The notes below the pieces were generated by a model. It did no database searches and was not told where the DNA came from. It worked only from the letters and a program-made list of their open reading frames with translations. A DNA stretch of 64,000 nucleotides, counting the filler, from Stramenopiles sp. TOSAG23-6 (taxonomy: Eukaryota), in assembly GCA_900128565.1 (NCBI GenBank). It is 11 parts of 11 records of this genome, joined end to end, with 100 filler letters (N's around TTAATTAATTAA, not from the genome) between each part and the next. Parts side by side here need not be neighbours in the genome. Positions count along the whole stretch, not along the records: positions 46,990 to 52,741 come from LT636844.1; positions 52,842 to 58,547 come from LT636845.1; positions 58,648 to 64,000 come from LT636917.1; 8 more parts are not named here. One strand, written 5' to 3'. Within the stretch, counting starts at the first letter, position 1. Every line of letters begins with the position of its first letter. This document shows, in pieces, positions 50,900 to 62,380 of the stretch. Position numbers and translations under genes: made by a program.

Positions 50900-51541
50900 A
50901 ATTGGTCAACTAAAAAAACTCAGTTCATTGCGTTTGGATGTAAACTACGGTAAGCTAACTATCTCGTCCAATTCCAAAAGAAATTCTTCAACTAAAAACA
51001 ATTTTCCTCGTGTAACATTCAGACAAAACTGTCTTATAACAAATTCTTTCTCATATACCAAATCTACTTTTATTATTTTTTTATAGTATTTCCAGTTGTC
51101 TTTTGAAATAATAATAAAAAGAAAGAAATTTCAATTATTGATTATTATATAATTATAATACTATTCACATTGAATATTTTTTTTTATTATGTACAAATGT
51201 TTATTTAAAAAAAAAAGAATAAAAAGAAATGATAAATTATTTGTTTAATATTTTTGTAAATATTTTTGTGATGAATTTAAAATTTTCCATATGTTACAAT
51301 AACATTACCACCATCTACATAAATAATAGTACTCCATAGTGTCGCTTTTACTCTTACTACGTTTTTACCTTTTCATTCTTCAACTTCAACAAAAAAAGTC
51401 TACAAGAAACATGTTTGTCCACTGTTTTTCGAAAAACAATAGAATATTTTATAAGAAGGAGAAAAAGAAAGCAAATTTAATTTTTCACATTTATATTTAT
51501 TAGATTCAAATTTCTGTTCATTTAATTACACTACAATAATA

Positions 51542-52682
51542 TCAACTATCAAATGGGTTCGGTGCATCTCCAACATTTTCATATCTTTCTGAAGTTTTTT
51601 CTGAATTATTATCATTAGACATCAAATCCATCATATAAGGATTGTATAGGTTAGGTGGGGATAATTTTTCTTCACTACTACTTTTACTCAAATTTGGAAT
51701 TTCAATAAGTTTTCCACTCGTGCTTTCAATAGAAGAGTTGGAACTTTGCAAAACAATGCTCCCCGTAATACTGTTTGAAAGAGGATTTTCTCTAGTCATT
51801 TGCTCATCTGTAGGTAATTCTGTAGAATTAAATCCACTTTTCATTTGCTCATCTGTAGGTAATTCTGTAGAATTAAATCCAGTAGTTGTTTTATTTATTG
51901 ATGCTTCTTCTGATTGTGATTTAGATTGATTCTGAGTAGAGTCTTTTGATGCTTCTTCTGGTTGTGATTTAGATTGATTCTGAGTAGAGTCTTTTGATGC
52001 TATTGCACTATATACAGGATTTTGTAGAGGTGGAAGATCTTCTGAAACACACTGTTTAAATAAGCAAGCTGTACCCGAGAAAAATTGTAACTGACAAGCT
52101 TTAAATCCAGAAAAAGGTTTCTTAAGCATATATTGTGAAAAATATTTTTTTTTTTTTTTCCGTAAAAAAAATAAAAAAAAATCGTTAGGTACAAAATTTT
52201 CATAGTAAAAAAAATTAAAATTCATTATGAAAATGTACATTTCTTCTTTGGAAAGATGAACTTTTCTTAGCTTAACATTTACTATTTCAGTTTTCTTCTC
52301 AAGTATCCTTGTACAATCTTTAATTTCTTGGATTTTATCAGCAATATCTTGTGGGGTAAATTTACTAGAGCCTGGAATTTCAGTCATACGTTCTGTGAAA
52401 AAATATGTTCAAAAAAAAAAAAACTAAAATTTGTTAGGTACGAAATTTCGTATGAAAAAATATAAATTTGAAATTATAATGAAAACGTACAAGTTCTGTT
52501 CTTTCTGGGTCTAGAAAAGACTCCATAATTAAAAGTTCATTTCTCAATTGTGTTTGTTGTCTCCTCGTTGCAGAGTATTCAATAAGTTTTTGTCTCATTT
52601 CACTAATTTTTAAGATACTTTTTTCTATCGGGATGTAAACTCGTTGAGTAAGAAGTGAATCTAATTGTCCACGGGTAGTACA
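51542..52682 (-). CDS. Hypothetical protein, 3' exons with internal repeats (5'-truncated)
   Basis: Exons join across family introns; duplicated ASKDSTQNQSKSQ and GFNSTELPTDEQM. Confidence 0.55.
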
Positions 52683-52897
52683 TGTGTTTTGGAAAAATAT
52701 TTCAAAAAAAATCTAAAAAAATTTGTTAGGTACAAAATTTTNNNNNNNNNNNNNNNNNNNNNNNNNNNNNNNNNNNNNNNNNNNNTTAATTAATTAANNN
52801 NNNNNNNNNNNNNNNNNNNNNNNNNNNNNNNNNNNNNNNNNATTTTGTACCTAACAAATTTTTTTTTTTTTGGTAAAAAAATTTTGAAATATTTTTT

Positions 52898-53344
52898 CAC
52901 AATACACAATGTATTTTAATATTACGTGATGTTTTAACTCTAAATGTTCTTTGGAAATGTGGTTCTAATCCACAAACTGCACTTAGAAATTGTTTTAAAG
53001 ATGCAATATTTGGTAAAGTTGATAATTATACATCTTTTCTATTGTCTTCAACTCAGTCTAAAACATCAAGACATAACCCTAACCCTAACCCTGATGAAAC
53101 AAATAGAAACTTAGTAGAAAACAATAAAAGAGAAATCACAAAAGAAATCACAAAAGAAATCAAAATTGAAAAACATGAAAAACAGTTGAAATCATTTGAT
53201 GCCTGCATTAAAACAATTTGTTTAACAACTGATGAAAGATTTTTATTTGTAGGATTAAGTAATGGAACAATTGTAACACTAACACCAGATATGAAATATT
53301 TACGTAATCGTCTCTTTGAACGTCTCGACCATTTGGGATTTTAA
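52898..53344 (+). CDS. WD40 C-terminus (BEACH/neurobeachin-like), last exon
   Basis: IKTICLTTDERFLFVGLSNGTI. Confidence 0.55.
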   Translation, partial: HNTQCILILRDVLTLNVLWKCGSNPQTALRNCFKDAIFGKVDNYTSFLLSSTQSKTSRHNPNPNPDETNRNLVENNKREITKEITKEIKIEKHEKQLKSFDACIKTICLTTDERFLFVGLSNGTIVTLTPDMKYLRNRLFERLDHLGF

Positions 53345-53829
53345 ACCCTAACCCTAACCCTACACGTTTGGGAATGTTTGAAATAAAACAAATAATTATT
53401 TTTCTTAGATTATCTTAATCCTTTTACTTTGCTTTGGACAGAGTGAAGAGATCATAAATGAATTACAAAGTCATTGATACCCCCACGTGAACAATTGTCA
53501 AGTGAACAGAAATGATGCTGACTCGACATATTGGCACGGATTTCGTGTCAATATCCTTCATTAATATCCCAAATCCGGAAATCGGGCGTTTCTTATTTTT
53601 TTACACATTATTTTATATATTAGTATCTCAAGGTTTATTTTCTCTCATTTTTTAATGTTATTTTTCATCCAGCAGATTTATTACAAACAATGTGTTTTCA
53701 ATAATGACTTTTCCTAAAATTCATTCGGTTCATGCATTTATTCATTGGCCGATACACCCAAGAGGTGTGGGACTCGAATTCAATGCCCATGCATCGTGGC
53801 TGGAATGATATACACGTTGTTGCCTGGTA

Positions 53830-55131
53830 CTAATATTGATGGCTCCTATGAACAAGATATAAACAAACACAGAAATAAAGGAGGTTCAATAACAAGTCGA
53901 TATAATGTACTTGATCAGATTCAGATAGTTCAGATAGTTCGTTATTAGACAACCACAATGCTCTGAGATTTGTTAGTTGGCTAACTTCATTTGGAATTAC
54001 ACCAGATAGTTTGTTGTCGGTCAAGTACAAAACTTGGAGATTTGTTAGTTGACCAATTTCTTTTGGAATTTCACCAGATAATTCGTTTTTGGACAACAAA
54101 ATTTTTCTGAGCTTTGTTAGTTGACCAATTTGCGGTGGTATTCCACCAGTTAGTTTGTTATAACACAAGACCAATTCTTTGAGATTCGTTAATTGGCCAA
54201 TTTCACTTGGAATTGAACCAGATAGTTTGTTTTGTGACAAGATCAACTTTTCGAGATTTCTTAGTTGACCAATTTCACCTGGAATTTCACCAGATAGTTT
54301 GATCGCTGAAAAGTCCAATGTTTCGAGATTTGTTAGTCGACCAATCTCACTTGGTATTGAACCAGATAGATCGTTGCTTGCCAAGTTCAAAACTGTAAGG
54401 TTTATTAGTTGACCAATTTGCTTTGGAATTGGACCAGAAAGATTGTTCCTTATCAAGTTCAAATATGTTAGATTTGTTAGTTGACCAATTTCTTTTGGAA
54501 TTTCACCAGATAGATGGTTCAATGACAAGTCCAATTCAGTAACACTTCCTTCAGTACACGTGACTCCACGCCATGCGCAAATATTCGTATCTGTGTTCCA
54601 ATTTGTATTATTCAACCAATTATCTCCATTTGTATTAATATACAACGCAGTCAAAGCTTCCCTTTCCAATAGCATGCCCTCTATGCGGTTTAGCCAAATA
54701 CCCATGCTTTCGTTTTTTTTCCTTGTAAGAGTGTCTGTTGTTGCTTTGAAGTGACTAGAAATTTGAAGAACCATTCTTTTAATTCTTGGTACGCGATATA
54801 GCCATTTCAATGAAGTTTCGCTTTCTGTTTTTTCGGAAGATTCTTTTATTTGATCATTACCAGTGTATTGTCCAATTTCACTGGCAATTTTTGTGATCAA
54901 TGACTTAGCATTGCCATTGACGTGCTCATGCATCATTGTACTTGTAGCGGAAAGTGATACCATATCAGGTACAGAGAGGAAACGAGTTAACAAGTGTACT
55001 GGTATAATATCCTCCAATCCCACTGCTGAACTACCCCCATGATGAATGATTGACGATGAAGCGGTGGCTGCTTCACCATGATATACATATGAAGATACAA
55101 GTAGCATTGTATATAGTATAAACTGAATCAT
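53830..55131 (-). CDS. Paralogous signal peptide + F-box-like + LRR protein
   Basis: Shares FLSVPDMVSLS, SLKWLYR, LLEREAL and LRRs with the gene at 49226. Confidence 0.9.
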   Translation of the reverse strand: MIQFILYTMLLVSSYVYHGEAATASSSIIHHGGSSAVGLEDIIPVHLLTRFLSVPDMVSLSATSTMMHEHVNGNAKSLITKIASEIGQYTGNDQIKESSEKTESETSLKWLYRVPRIKRMVLQISSHFKATTDTLTRKKNESMGIWLNRIEGMLLEREALTALYINTNGDNWLNNTNWNTDTNICAWRGVTCTEGSVTELDLSLNHLSGEIPKEIGQLTNLTYLNLIRNNLSGPIPKQIGQLINLTVLNLASNDLSGSIPSEIGRLTNLETLDFSAIKLSGEIPGEIGQLRNLEKLILSQNKLSGSIPSEIGQLTNLKELVLCYNKLTGGIPPQIGQLTKLRKILLSKNELSGEIPKEIGQLTNLQVLYLTDNKLSGVIPNEVSQLTNLRALWLSNNELSELSESDQVHYIDLLLNLLYFCVCLYLVHRSHQY

Positions 55132-57314
55132 TTTATGTAGCCTGTGTGCTTTGATCACTCGAACCTTTTATTATTGAACCCGCGCGGGGTTAGGGTTAGG
55201 GTATATCTTTTAGGAATTCACAGAGAACAAAAAAATTAAACGACGCTGACTCTTTTTTTTGGATTTCAAAAAATCTTCAAAATCCGGCTTTCGCTTTTCG
55301 ACATTTGAAATTTAATGTCAAAAATACAAAGATTCGTTTTAAATTTTTTTATCATCACGAATGCCTTCATGTTTTAATTAGTCGGAGTATAATTTCGTTA
55401 TAATGCCATCATCTTCAGATGAAGAGACTGATTTATTTCCCATTCCAGGAACTACTCCACAAAGACGACCGTCTCTTTTGATACTCCACAAAGACGACCG
55501 TCTCTTTTGATACGTGCAGTATCACGTGCTCGCCCAGTTTTACTTCGTGCAGCTTCAATGAGTCGAATCCATTTTTGTCTCTAGCTACGGGTAGAGTCTT
55601 TTTAACTACATAAAAAAAGTTGAAAATAAAAAAAACTAGATTGGAAAGTGTAATTTTTATATAATTTATTAAAAAGCTTTAATAATCGTTAATAATTTTA
55701 TTAATTTATCTACAATTCCATTTTTGAATTGTTGACCATTTTTGAATTGTTGAAATTTCGTCTAGTCAAAATTTTGTTAGGTACAAAATTGTCTATGAAA
55801 AAAACACCCCAAAAAAAACAATTCAAAACAACATTGATGTTTTTCATATACAGCGAAAAGAGCACAGTAGAATACAAATAAAAAATCTAAAAAAAATTGT
55901 TAGGTACAAAATTTCGTACAAAAAAAAAAAAAAGTATTCAAATCATGGTCAGACCGTCGAAAAACACCCTGGCTAAAGAATGTATCGAGCCTCTGTTTTA
56001 GATCATAGTCGATCATATGGGGAAAGAAGCACTAAGTTGTCATCAATCCATAAGAAGAATACTTGATAGTTTTCACTTGTTTTAAAACTTGTTTTAAAAC
56101 TTGTTTTTATACAAGTTTGTTTGAAACAAATGAGAAAAAAAAATGAGAAAAAAAAATGAGAAAAAAAAATGAGAAAAAACTGCTCAATTTTAAAAAGCTC
56201 TAATATTTTTTTCATACAGTCGAAACCAACGATCAATAGCGGTTTGTTACGCCGCAATATGTCTTCTCATTGCAGCAAAACCTTCAAAAAAAAAAAAAAG
56301 GGNGAAAGAAGAAAAAGAAAATGACACGTGTGCANTNTTTTAGGTATGAAAAAATGGTAGAAATGTGTACTACATTGTGTGGCTTCAGAAGGAAGGCAGA
56401 ATAAATATTCCATCATTTTGGACACCTAACATGGGTCTCGGACAATTCCAAACATCATTGCCAATAATCACACTTGAAGTCAATGTCAATGTAGAGAATA
56501 ACTACACTCAAACACTTGACAAACAAGAAAAATTCAATGAAATAAAACTCAATTTGGGATAGTTTGTTTTTACACACGAAGAAGGAAAGCATGATTGAAT
56601 AATGATAATAGTCCTCGGAGATCTTGGTGATCATCTAATCGTCATCCATGAAGTCATGAGTAGCAAATATAGTCGTCTTCATCGGTACTATGTCATTATT
56701 TACAACGCGTTCAACACGCTCATGAAACAAAAAAGAGAAAAAAATAATGCTTAAAGGAGAAGCGCACAAAACGCTGTACTCTCCAGAAGAATCGAACTTC
56801 TAGAGAGTACAGCGTTATACGCATTTCTATAGTAAATAAACAGATATATACTTGACTTGCAATAGGTAAAAACAATTGATTCTATATGTTACCCAGTGCG
56901 ATACAAACTCAAGACTGTCGAACGACGACAACGACGACGAGAACGAGACAAAATAAATGACTCGTGACTTGACTCGTGGTGCACTGACTCTCAGGGCCAA
57001 AACCCTAACCCTAATTAATTCCCATAAAATCGATTAATGAAAATATATGACGACGCGACGACGGTTACTTTCATCTCGAATTTTGATTTTGATAAAATTT
57101 CTTTCACCGGATATGTTTTAGATCTCCTCTATTGATTGATATTCTTTGCATTTTTTACACTTATTTGAGTTAATCAGAGCCAAACTGTAACCAAAAGACT
57201 TTGTAGTACATTGTAACTTTGAATATCACTACCAAAAATAAACAAAACTCATCAATTTTTGAATACAAAAGGTAACGTTTTTCTACAATAATCATTTATT
57301 TTTGATTATTGGTC

Positions 57315-58445
57315 ATGAATAATACAGATAATACTGGTGAGAATGAATTCGAAGTATCTCTTCCGTCAAACAAACATAGGAATAATCGAGTTCATGTAAG
57401 TCGGCGTGGAAGTGTATCAATAGGCAATACAAAAATATATACACCGATATCAAAACAATCTAATTTAATCCAAGAAAATTTGAGTTCTAAATACTCTAAA
57501 GAATCTAAAGAATCTAAACAATTTGAACAATTTAAACAATCATCAACAACAGAGATATCTTTAGACAGTGACAATCGAACAAGTAGACTTACGCAACAAT
57601 TGGATCTACACCTAAATCTAATTGGGAAAAAAGGAGAAAACAACGGAAGTAGACGTGACTCTGAAAGCGATATCAATGAACTTGAGAAATGTTTGGAAAT
57701 ATCCGAAAGTCATGTTGAAACAATGCAAAAACACTATGCATCAGTATTACAAAGAAATGTCCATTTACAACACTCTTTAGAAGAAATATTACAAGAAAAT
57801 ACGACTTTGCTATCGGATAAAAATAAATTGGAAGCTTTATATAGTAATGTACAAACTAATTATGTCGCATTGCGCCAACAGTTTAACATTACAGAACAAG
57901 ATTATTTAAAAAGTGTCGATTTCAATCAAACACAGCAGAAGATGAAGACAGACTTGATCATAAAACATAAAAATTTAGAAGAAAAATATTATCATTTATC
58001 AGATAAATTTACTTCACTACAATCTCGTCTCGACACAGAGGAAGCAATACATAAGGAAAAATATGAAATTTTATCAAAAACAGAGATAAAAGCTCAAGAA
58101 CAAGTTCAAAAGTACAAAACTGAACTGTCTGAATTACAAAAATGTTATGAAAATGTGGTAAAAAATCGGGTGGAAGAAAATTCTACAACAAGGCATCTTT
58201 CTGAATTACTTCAATCCTCAAAGTATATGTTTTAGTTTTTTTCAATTTTTTGTCTAAATTTTTTTTCGTACGACATTTTGTACCTAACAATTTTTTATAA
58301 TTTTTTTTTGAAATATTTTTTTACAATATATATACTATTTTAAAATATCAAGGCATTGAACGATTGAACTGTACACTTTCAAACTGGAGACATCGGAGAC
58401 TGTCATCCAGTTTTCATACTTGGCGGACTCTCATTCACAAAGAAT
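57315..58445 (+). CDS. Coiled-coil hypothetical protein (AT...AT intron 58225-58331; 3'-truncated)
   Basis: Long heptad-rich ORF; splice gives SKYTILKYQG. Confidence 0.65.
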
Positions 58446-58647
58446 GTACGTTTGTTTCGTTTACAATTTTGTACCAAACAAAAATAACAAAAAGCCTAAA
58501 CTTTACAATTTTTTTTTTTTTTTTTTTTTTTTTGAAACTAATAAAAANNNNNNNNNNNNNNNNNNNNNNNNNNNNNNNNNNNNNNNNNNNNTTAATTAAT
58601 TAANNNNNNNNNNNNNNNNNNNNNNNNNNNNNNNNNNNNNNNNNNNN

Positions 58648-58702
58648 GAAGAAGAAGAAGAAGAAGAAGAAGAAGAAGAAAGAAGAAGAAGAAGAAGAAG
58701 AA
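58648..58702. repeat. (GAA)n microsatellite
   Basis: Directly visible. Confidence 0.95.
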
Positions 58703-59045
58703 AAAATAATAATAATAATACTCGGTATATTGAGATGAGATTATTATACCTCCTCCTTGGTAGTGGTAGGTAGTAGATATATGATGGTAATTATAATAAT
58801 AAAATAAAGACGACTAATAAATAAATAATTAAGAAGTACAATTATTGCTCGTGGAAAGTTCTAGAAATGCCGAGAACCAATGCATTTTACGAAATGTAAT
58901 ATTAGTTTCTTGGCCACCACCCTAGCAGCCCGTGCGAGTTTTTTTTCTACAAACGAGTTCGGGAACGCGCCAATTAATAAGACTTTGGTAAAACAACAAA
59001 ACAATAGGATAGCTGGATCTAGGTCCAAATTATACAGCAGCGTTT

Positions 59046-60410
59046 ATGAAGCGTGTGCAACTTTCGTCGGACTTTTTTGATGGGCATGTTTCCCTGTTAG
59101 AGCCTTCTCCGTTCGAAAGTCTTAGTTCAGAAGGGCACTGGTACAAACCTTTGAGGGGTAAGAAAGATGACCTTTTGAACAACACCATCGACCCTCTGCT
59201 TGCCGGCGAATTGTCCGTTCCATCTGGGGTAAAATTTTGCGCGAGAACGAATTCACCGGTGATAAAACTTACGTGCAGTCGCGACTTTGGGCAGCACCCA
59301 GCCTTGGACGGGTATTTTAAAACAGGAACGGCGGACCACTTTACATTTTATGTCGCGGAAGCCATTTACAACATTGTTAGCGAATTAAAGTTCGATTGCT
59401 ACGTAAACGGAAAATTTTATAGTTCCGAAACAGTTCCTTCACGAATAAAACGGATTGAAGGAGGATCCAGTCGAAGGGTCAGAAAAGACGATGGCGGCCA
59501 CTGGAAAGATATGGCGACCCGCATAATGCAAGACAGGGGGGATTTCACGGAGGATAAGCTGGGCCCAGTAAAATTTGAAGTTTTGTTTGGCCCCTTTAGT
59601 CAGCAAAGCACGGGCGGGAACGTAGATGAGCACAATTTTTCAAAGATGAACCTGCTGTATCCTACGGGCACAGACGAAGCCGATGACACAAATATGCACC
59701 ATGTCTGCATCTGGTTACCACACACCGGCTCTATAAAGATTCACAGCGCTGAAATCCAACAGAACGTAGGGGGGATTCCTGGCAGGATGGTCCCCCTTCA
59801 TTCTCAGCAGTATCTGCCTCGTCGCAGGCTTTTTGGTGACGCACGCCTATTGTCGCTGGGTGTATCTGGACAGTGTCATCTTGACCAAACAATGGCACGG
59901 GTAATTCGTGATGAGGACTGTTGCGACTTTGTGGCCTTGGAGCTAGGTATCAACGTGTATATCGACAGATCGATGAGCATTCGGACATTTCGGAGCAATG
60001 TGTTGGGTTTTATTTTAACCATTCGGGATGGTCATCCGAGGGTTCCCATCCTAGTTATTTCTCCTATTGCAGTGGCACAGAAAATTTTGGACCAATACGA
60101 CAGGCCAATGGGGACACGCGCAAATGCAGCCACACTCTCCCAGTTTCGAGGCGTTCTAAAAACCATCGTTGCCAATTTGAACGCCGCGGGTGACAACGAA
60201 GTATATTACAGTTGTGGGTTAGATTTAATTTCCCAAGAAGAGGCCGAAATGTCAGCGTTGATGCAGCCCGATGGTATTCATCCAACTGGGCATGGCCAAG
60301 AGATAATTGGACAGAGGGTTGTTGCGTTGGAAGAGGGAAATTCTTTACAAACGACATGTCAAAGCAAGGAGACAAAGTTCAAACGCGCACGAATGTCAAG
60401 CAAATTGTAG
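59046..60410 (+). CDS. SGNH/GDSL-like hydrolase (bacterial-type)
   Basis: LGVSGQCHLDQ, ELGINV, PILVISPI and PDGIHP. Confidence 0.75.
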   Translation: MKRVQLSSDFFDGHVSLLEPSPFESLSSEGHWYKPLRGKKDDLLNNTIDPLLAGELSVPSGVKFCARTNSPVIKLTCSRDFGQHPALDGYFKTGTADHFTFYVAEAIYNIVSELKFDCYVNGKFYSSETVPSRIKRIEGGSSRRVRKDDGGHWKDMATRIMQDRGDFTEDKLGPVKFEVLFGPFSQQSTGGNVDEHNFSKMNLLYPTGTDEADDTNMHHVCIWLPHTGSIKIHSAEIQQNVGGIPGRMVPLHSQQYLPRRRLFGDARLLSLGVSGQCHLDQTMARVIRDEDCCDFVALELGINVYIDRSMSIRTFRSNVLGFILTIRDGHPRVPILVISPIAVAQKILDQYDRPMGTRANAATLSQFRGVLKTIVANLNAAGDNEVYYSCGLDLISQEEAEMSALMQPDGIHPTGHGQEIIGQRVVALEEGNSLQTTCQSKETKFKRARMSSKL

Positions 60411-60913
60411 GCAGAGGAGGACTAGGACAATTCTTGATTATACCATATTTAGACTACAAATTATATATACTTATAATTTATTTATTCCTATACATGCATA
60501 CATATTTATTTTTTCTTCTTCCTCCTCCTCTTTTGTACTACGGCGGTACTCCCACTAAAAAATATATACAACTCCTCCTCCGCGGTACAGTTATTATCCG
60601 CATGCGCTCATTCGCATCATAACTATTTTACCGTATTAGTGGTAGATTACGCATGTATTTTTCTTCCGAAAATATTCTCATACACGCACTTCATAATAGC
60701 ACAACATTCATGTTAGGAAGAGCACAGCCTTTTCCAGAAGGTTGAGCCCCCGAGAAGAAAAGTTGTTTGAATCTTGCACAGTGCGATCCACCAAGCGATG
60801 GGGTCTTTGATAGCATACGTGGAGTTCTGGTGTAGCGGGTAGTGTTTTGTCTTTCGTTTTGGCAGCTATCACGTAGTAAATTTGTTTAACAGCTTCGTCC
60901 TTCACGTGCTGGT

Positions 60914-62065
60914 ATGAAAGATTGCAGCGGGTTGCCTGTCCTTTCCAAACTGTACATGATGGGTTTGCGCACACATCGACGTATATCTCGGAGACAGGCA
61001 CTTAGGTTAGGCCCAGGAGTTCAGGGACAGATATTGAAAACCGTTGCGGTCGGAAACGTTGTCGCTGGAGGCACTGGAAAAACCCCTTTGGTAGAACTTT
61101 TAGCCCGTGAGTGCTCAAAGCGAGGGAACACCCCAATGATTTTATCACGTGGCTATGGGCAAGATGAAAGGTACCAGTACGCACTCAATTGCCCGGAAAA
61201 CACCATCGTTGGGATCGGCTCAAACCGTGTCCGGGCGGCGGAACAAGCGTCCCAAAAAGTGGAGGACAGCGGGATAGACTTAAAGAAAACATTTGCCATA
61301 TTGGACGACGCGTTCCAGACTTGGCACGTGGAGCGGGACGAAGATATCGTTTGTGTAAACTGCATCAACCCATGGTCAAATGGGAAGTTGATACCACAAG
61401 GAAAACTTCGTGAACCATTGAATGCGCTTACTCGGGCGACTCGGATCGTTCTGTACAATACAAACATGGTATCATCGGTTGAGGAGATGAAAATTAAGGA
61501 AGAGATTGAAAGTGTTTTTGAGGCAGGCGAACGCATTCCAAAGTTTTGCAAAGCAAATATGGTGCCATCTTATTTTCTGGCCGTCGAAGATGGAGATGAA
61601 AGAATGAAGTCAGTGACATTACAGGAGCCGGATAAAATCGAGATGGGGGCCCTTGTGTTTAGGAAATCAAGCATTGAAGCATCGGACCATTTGGTGTACG
61701 AAAGAAACATACTCCCTGTATCTGGGATTGAGAACCCCCAAGCTTTTCATCGCTCGTTAGTCGACTTGGGAGGATTGCTACCTTCAGAATTCTGGGATGT
61801 ACCTCCCCAATTTTCTTTTCCGGACCACCACTATTTTACAAGCAAAGACATGGGGGAAATAAAGCAGGTTGCCCTCAAGGGAAATAGCCGGGTTGTAATG
61901 ACGCAAAAAGACGCTTGCCGAGTGCTGTTTGGGGATCGCTCTTTTGCCTTGGAATTTTTTCGTGCCCTAGACCCTTGTATACTTGTATCTGAAATGCAAT
62001 TGGAGGATTATGGGGAAACCGAAGGAGCACAATTATGGTTGGATGATTTGTTTCGGAGTTGCTAG
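60914..62065 (+). CDS. lpxK: Tetraacyldisaccharide 4'-kinase (lipid A pathway)
   Basis: VGNVVAGGTGKTP, ILSRGYG, ILDDAFQ, PQGKLREP, SGIENP, FPDHH and MTQKDA. Confidence 0.92.
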   Translation: MKDCSGLPVLSKLYMMGLRTHRRISRRQALRLGPGVQGQILKTVAVGNVVAGGTGKTPLVELLARECSKRGNTPMILSRGYGQDERYQYALNCPENTIVGIGSNRVRAAEQASQKVEDSGIDLKKTFAILDDAFQTWHVERDEDIVCVNCINPWSNGKLIPQGKLREPLNALTRATRIVLYNTNMVSSVEEMKIKEEIESVFEAGERIPKFCKANMVPSYFLAVEDGDERMKSVTLQEPDKIEMGALVFRKSSIEASDHLVYERNILPVSGIENPQAFHRSLVDLGGLLPSEFWDVPPQFSFPDHHYFTSKDMGEIKQVALKGNSRVVMTQKDACRVLFGDRSFALEFFRALDPCILVSEMQLEDYGETEGAQLWLDDLFRSC

Positions 62066-62380
62066 GAAACTGTTCGGCGTTTGTGCAAAAAACATAAATA
62101 CTAAATACTAGTGATTGATTAAAAATGAGAGTCTTAAAACATACTACTATATTAATTTGTTTTTCGTACACTATTCTTTTAAAAAATTTAATAAAGTTTT
62201 TTCTTATTTTCTTATATTTTTTTAACTTTTTTTGTTTTCTTATTTTTACATTTTGCAAGGAAGTGATGAATCCTTGGAATTTTCAGTAGTCAGTGCGTAA
62301 TAACTTTAGATAAAACTCCCTTTATCCCCTCGGGCTCGACAAATGTCTTGCTTTAATATCTTCGTTCGTGCGAAAACGGT

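Noticed and set aside
1-58547. Repeated motif as a CRISPR array, or as real peptide repeats (FFVRNFVPN, YEILYLT, LGTKFR)
   Set aside because: Irregular spacing, eukaryotic context and no cas genes; the peptides are translations of the introns
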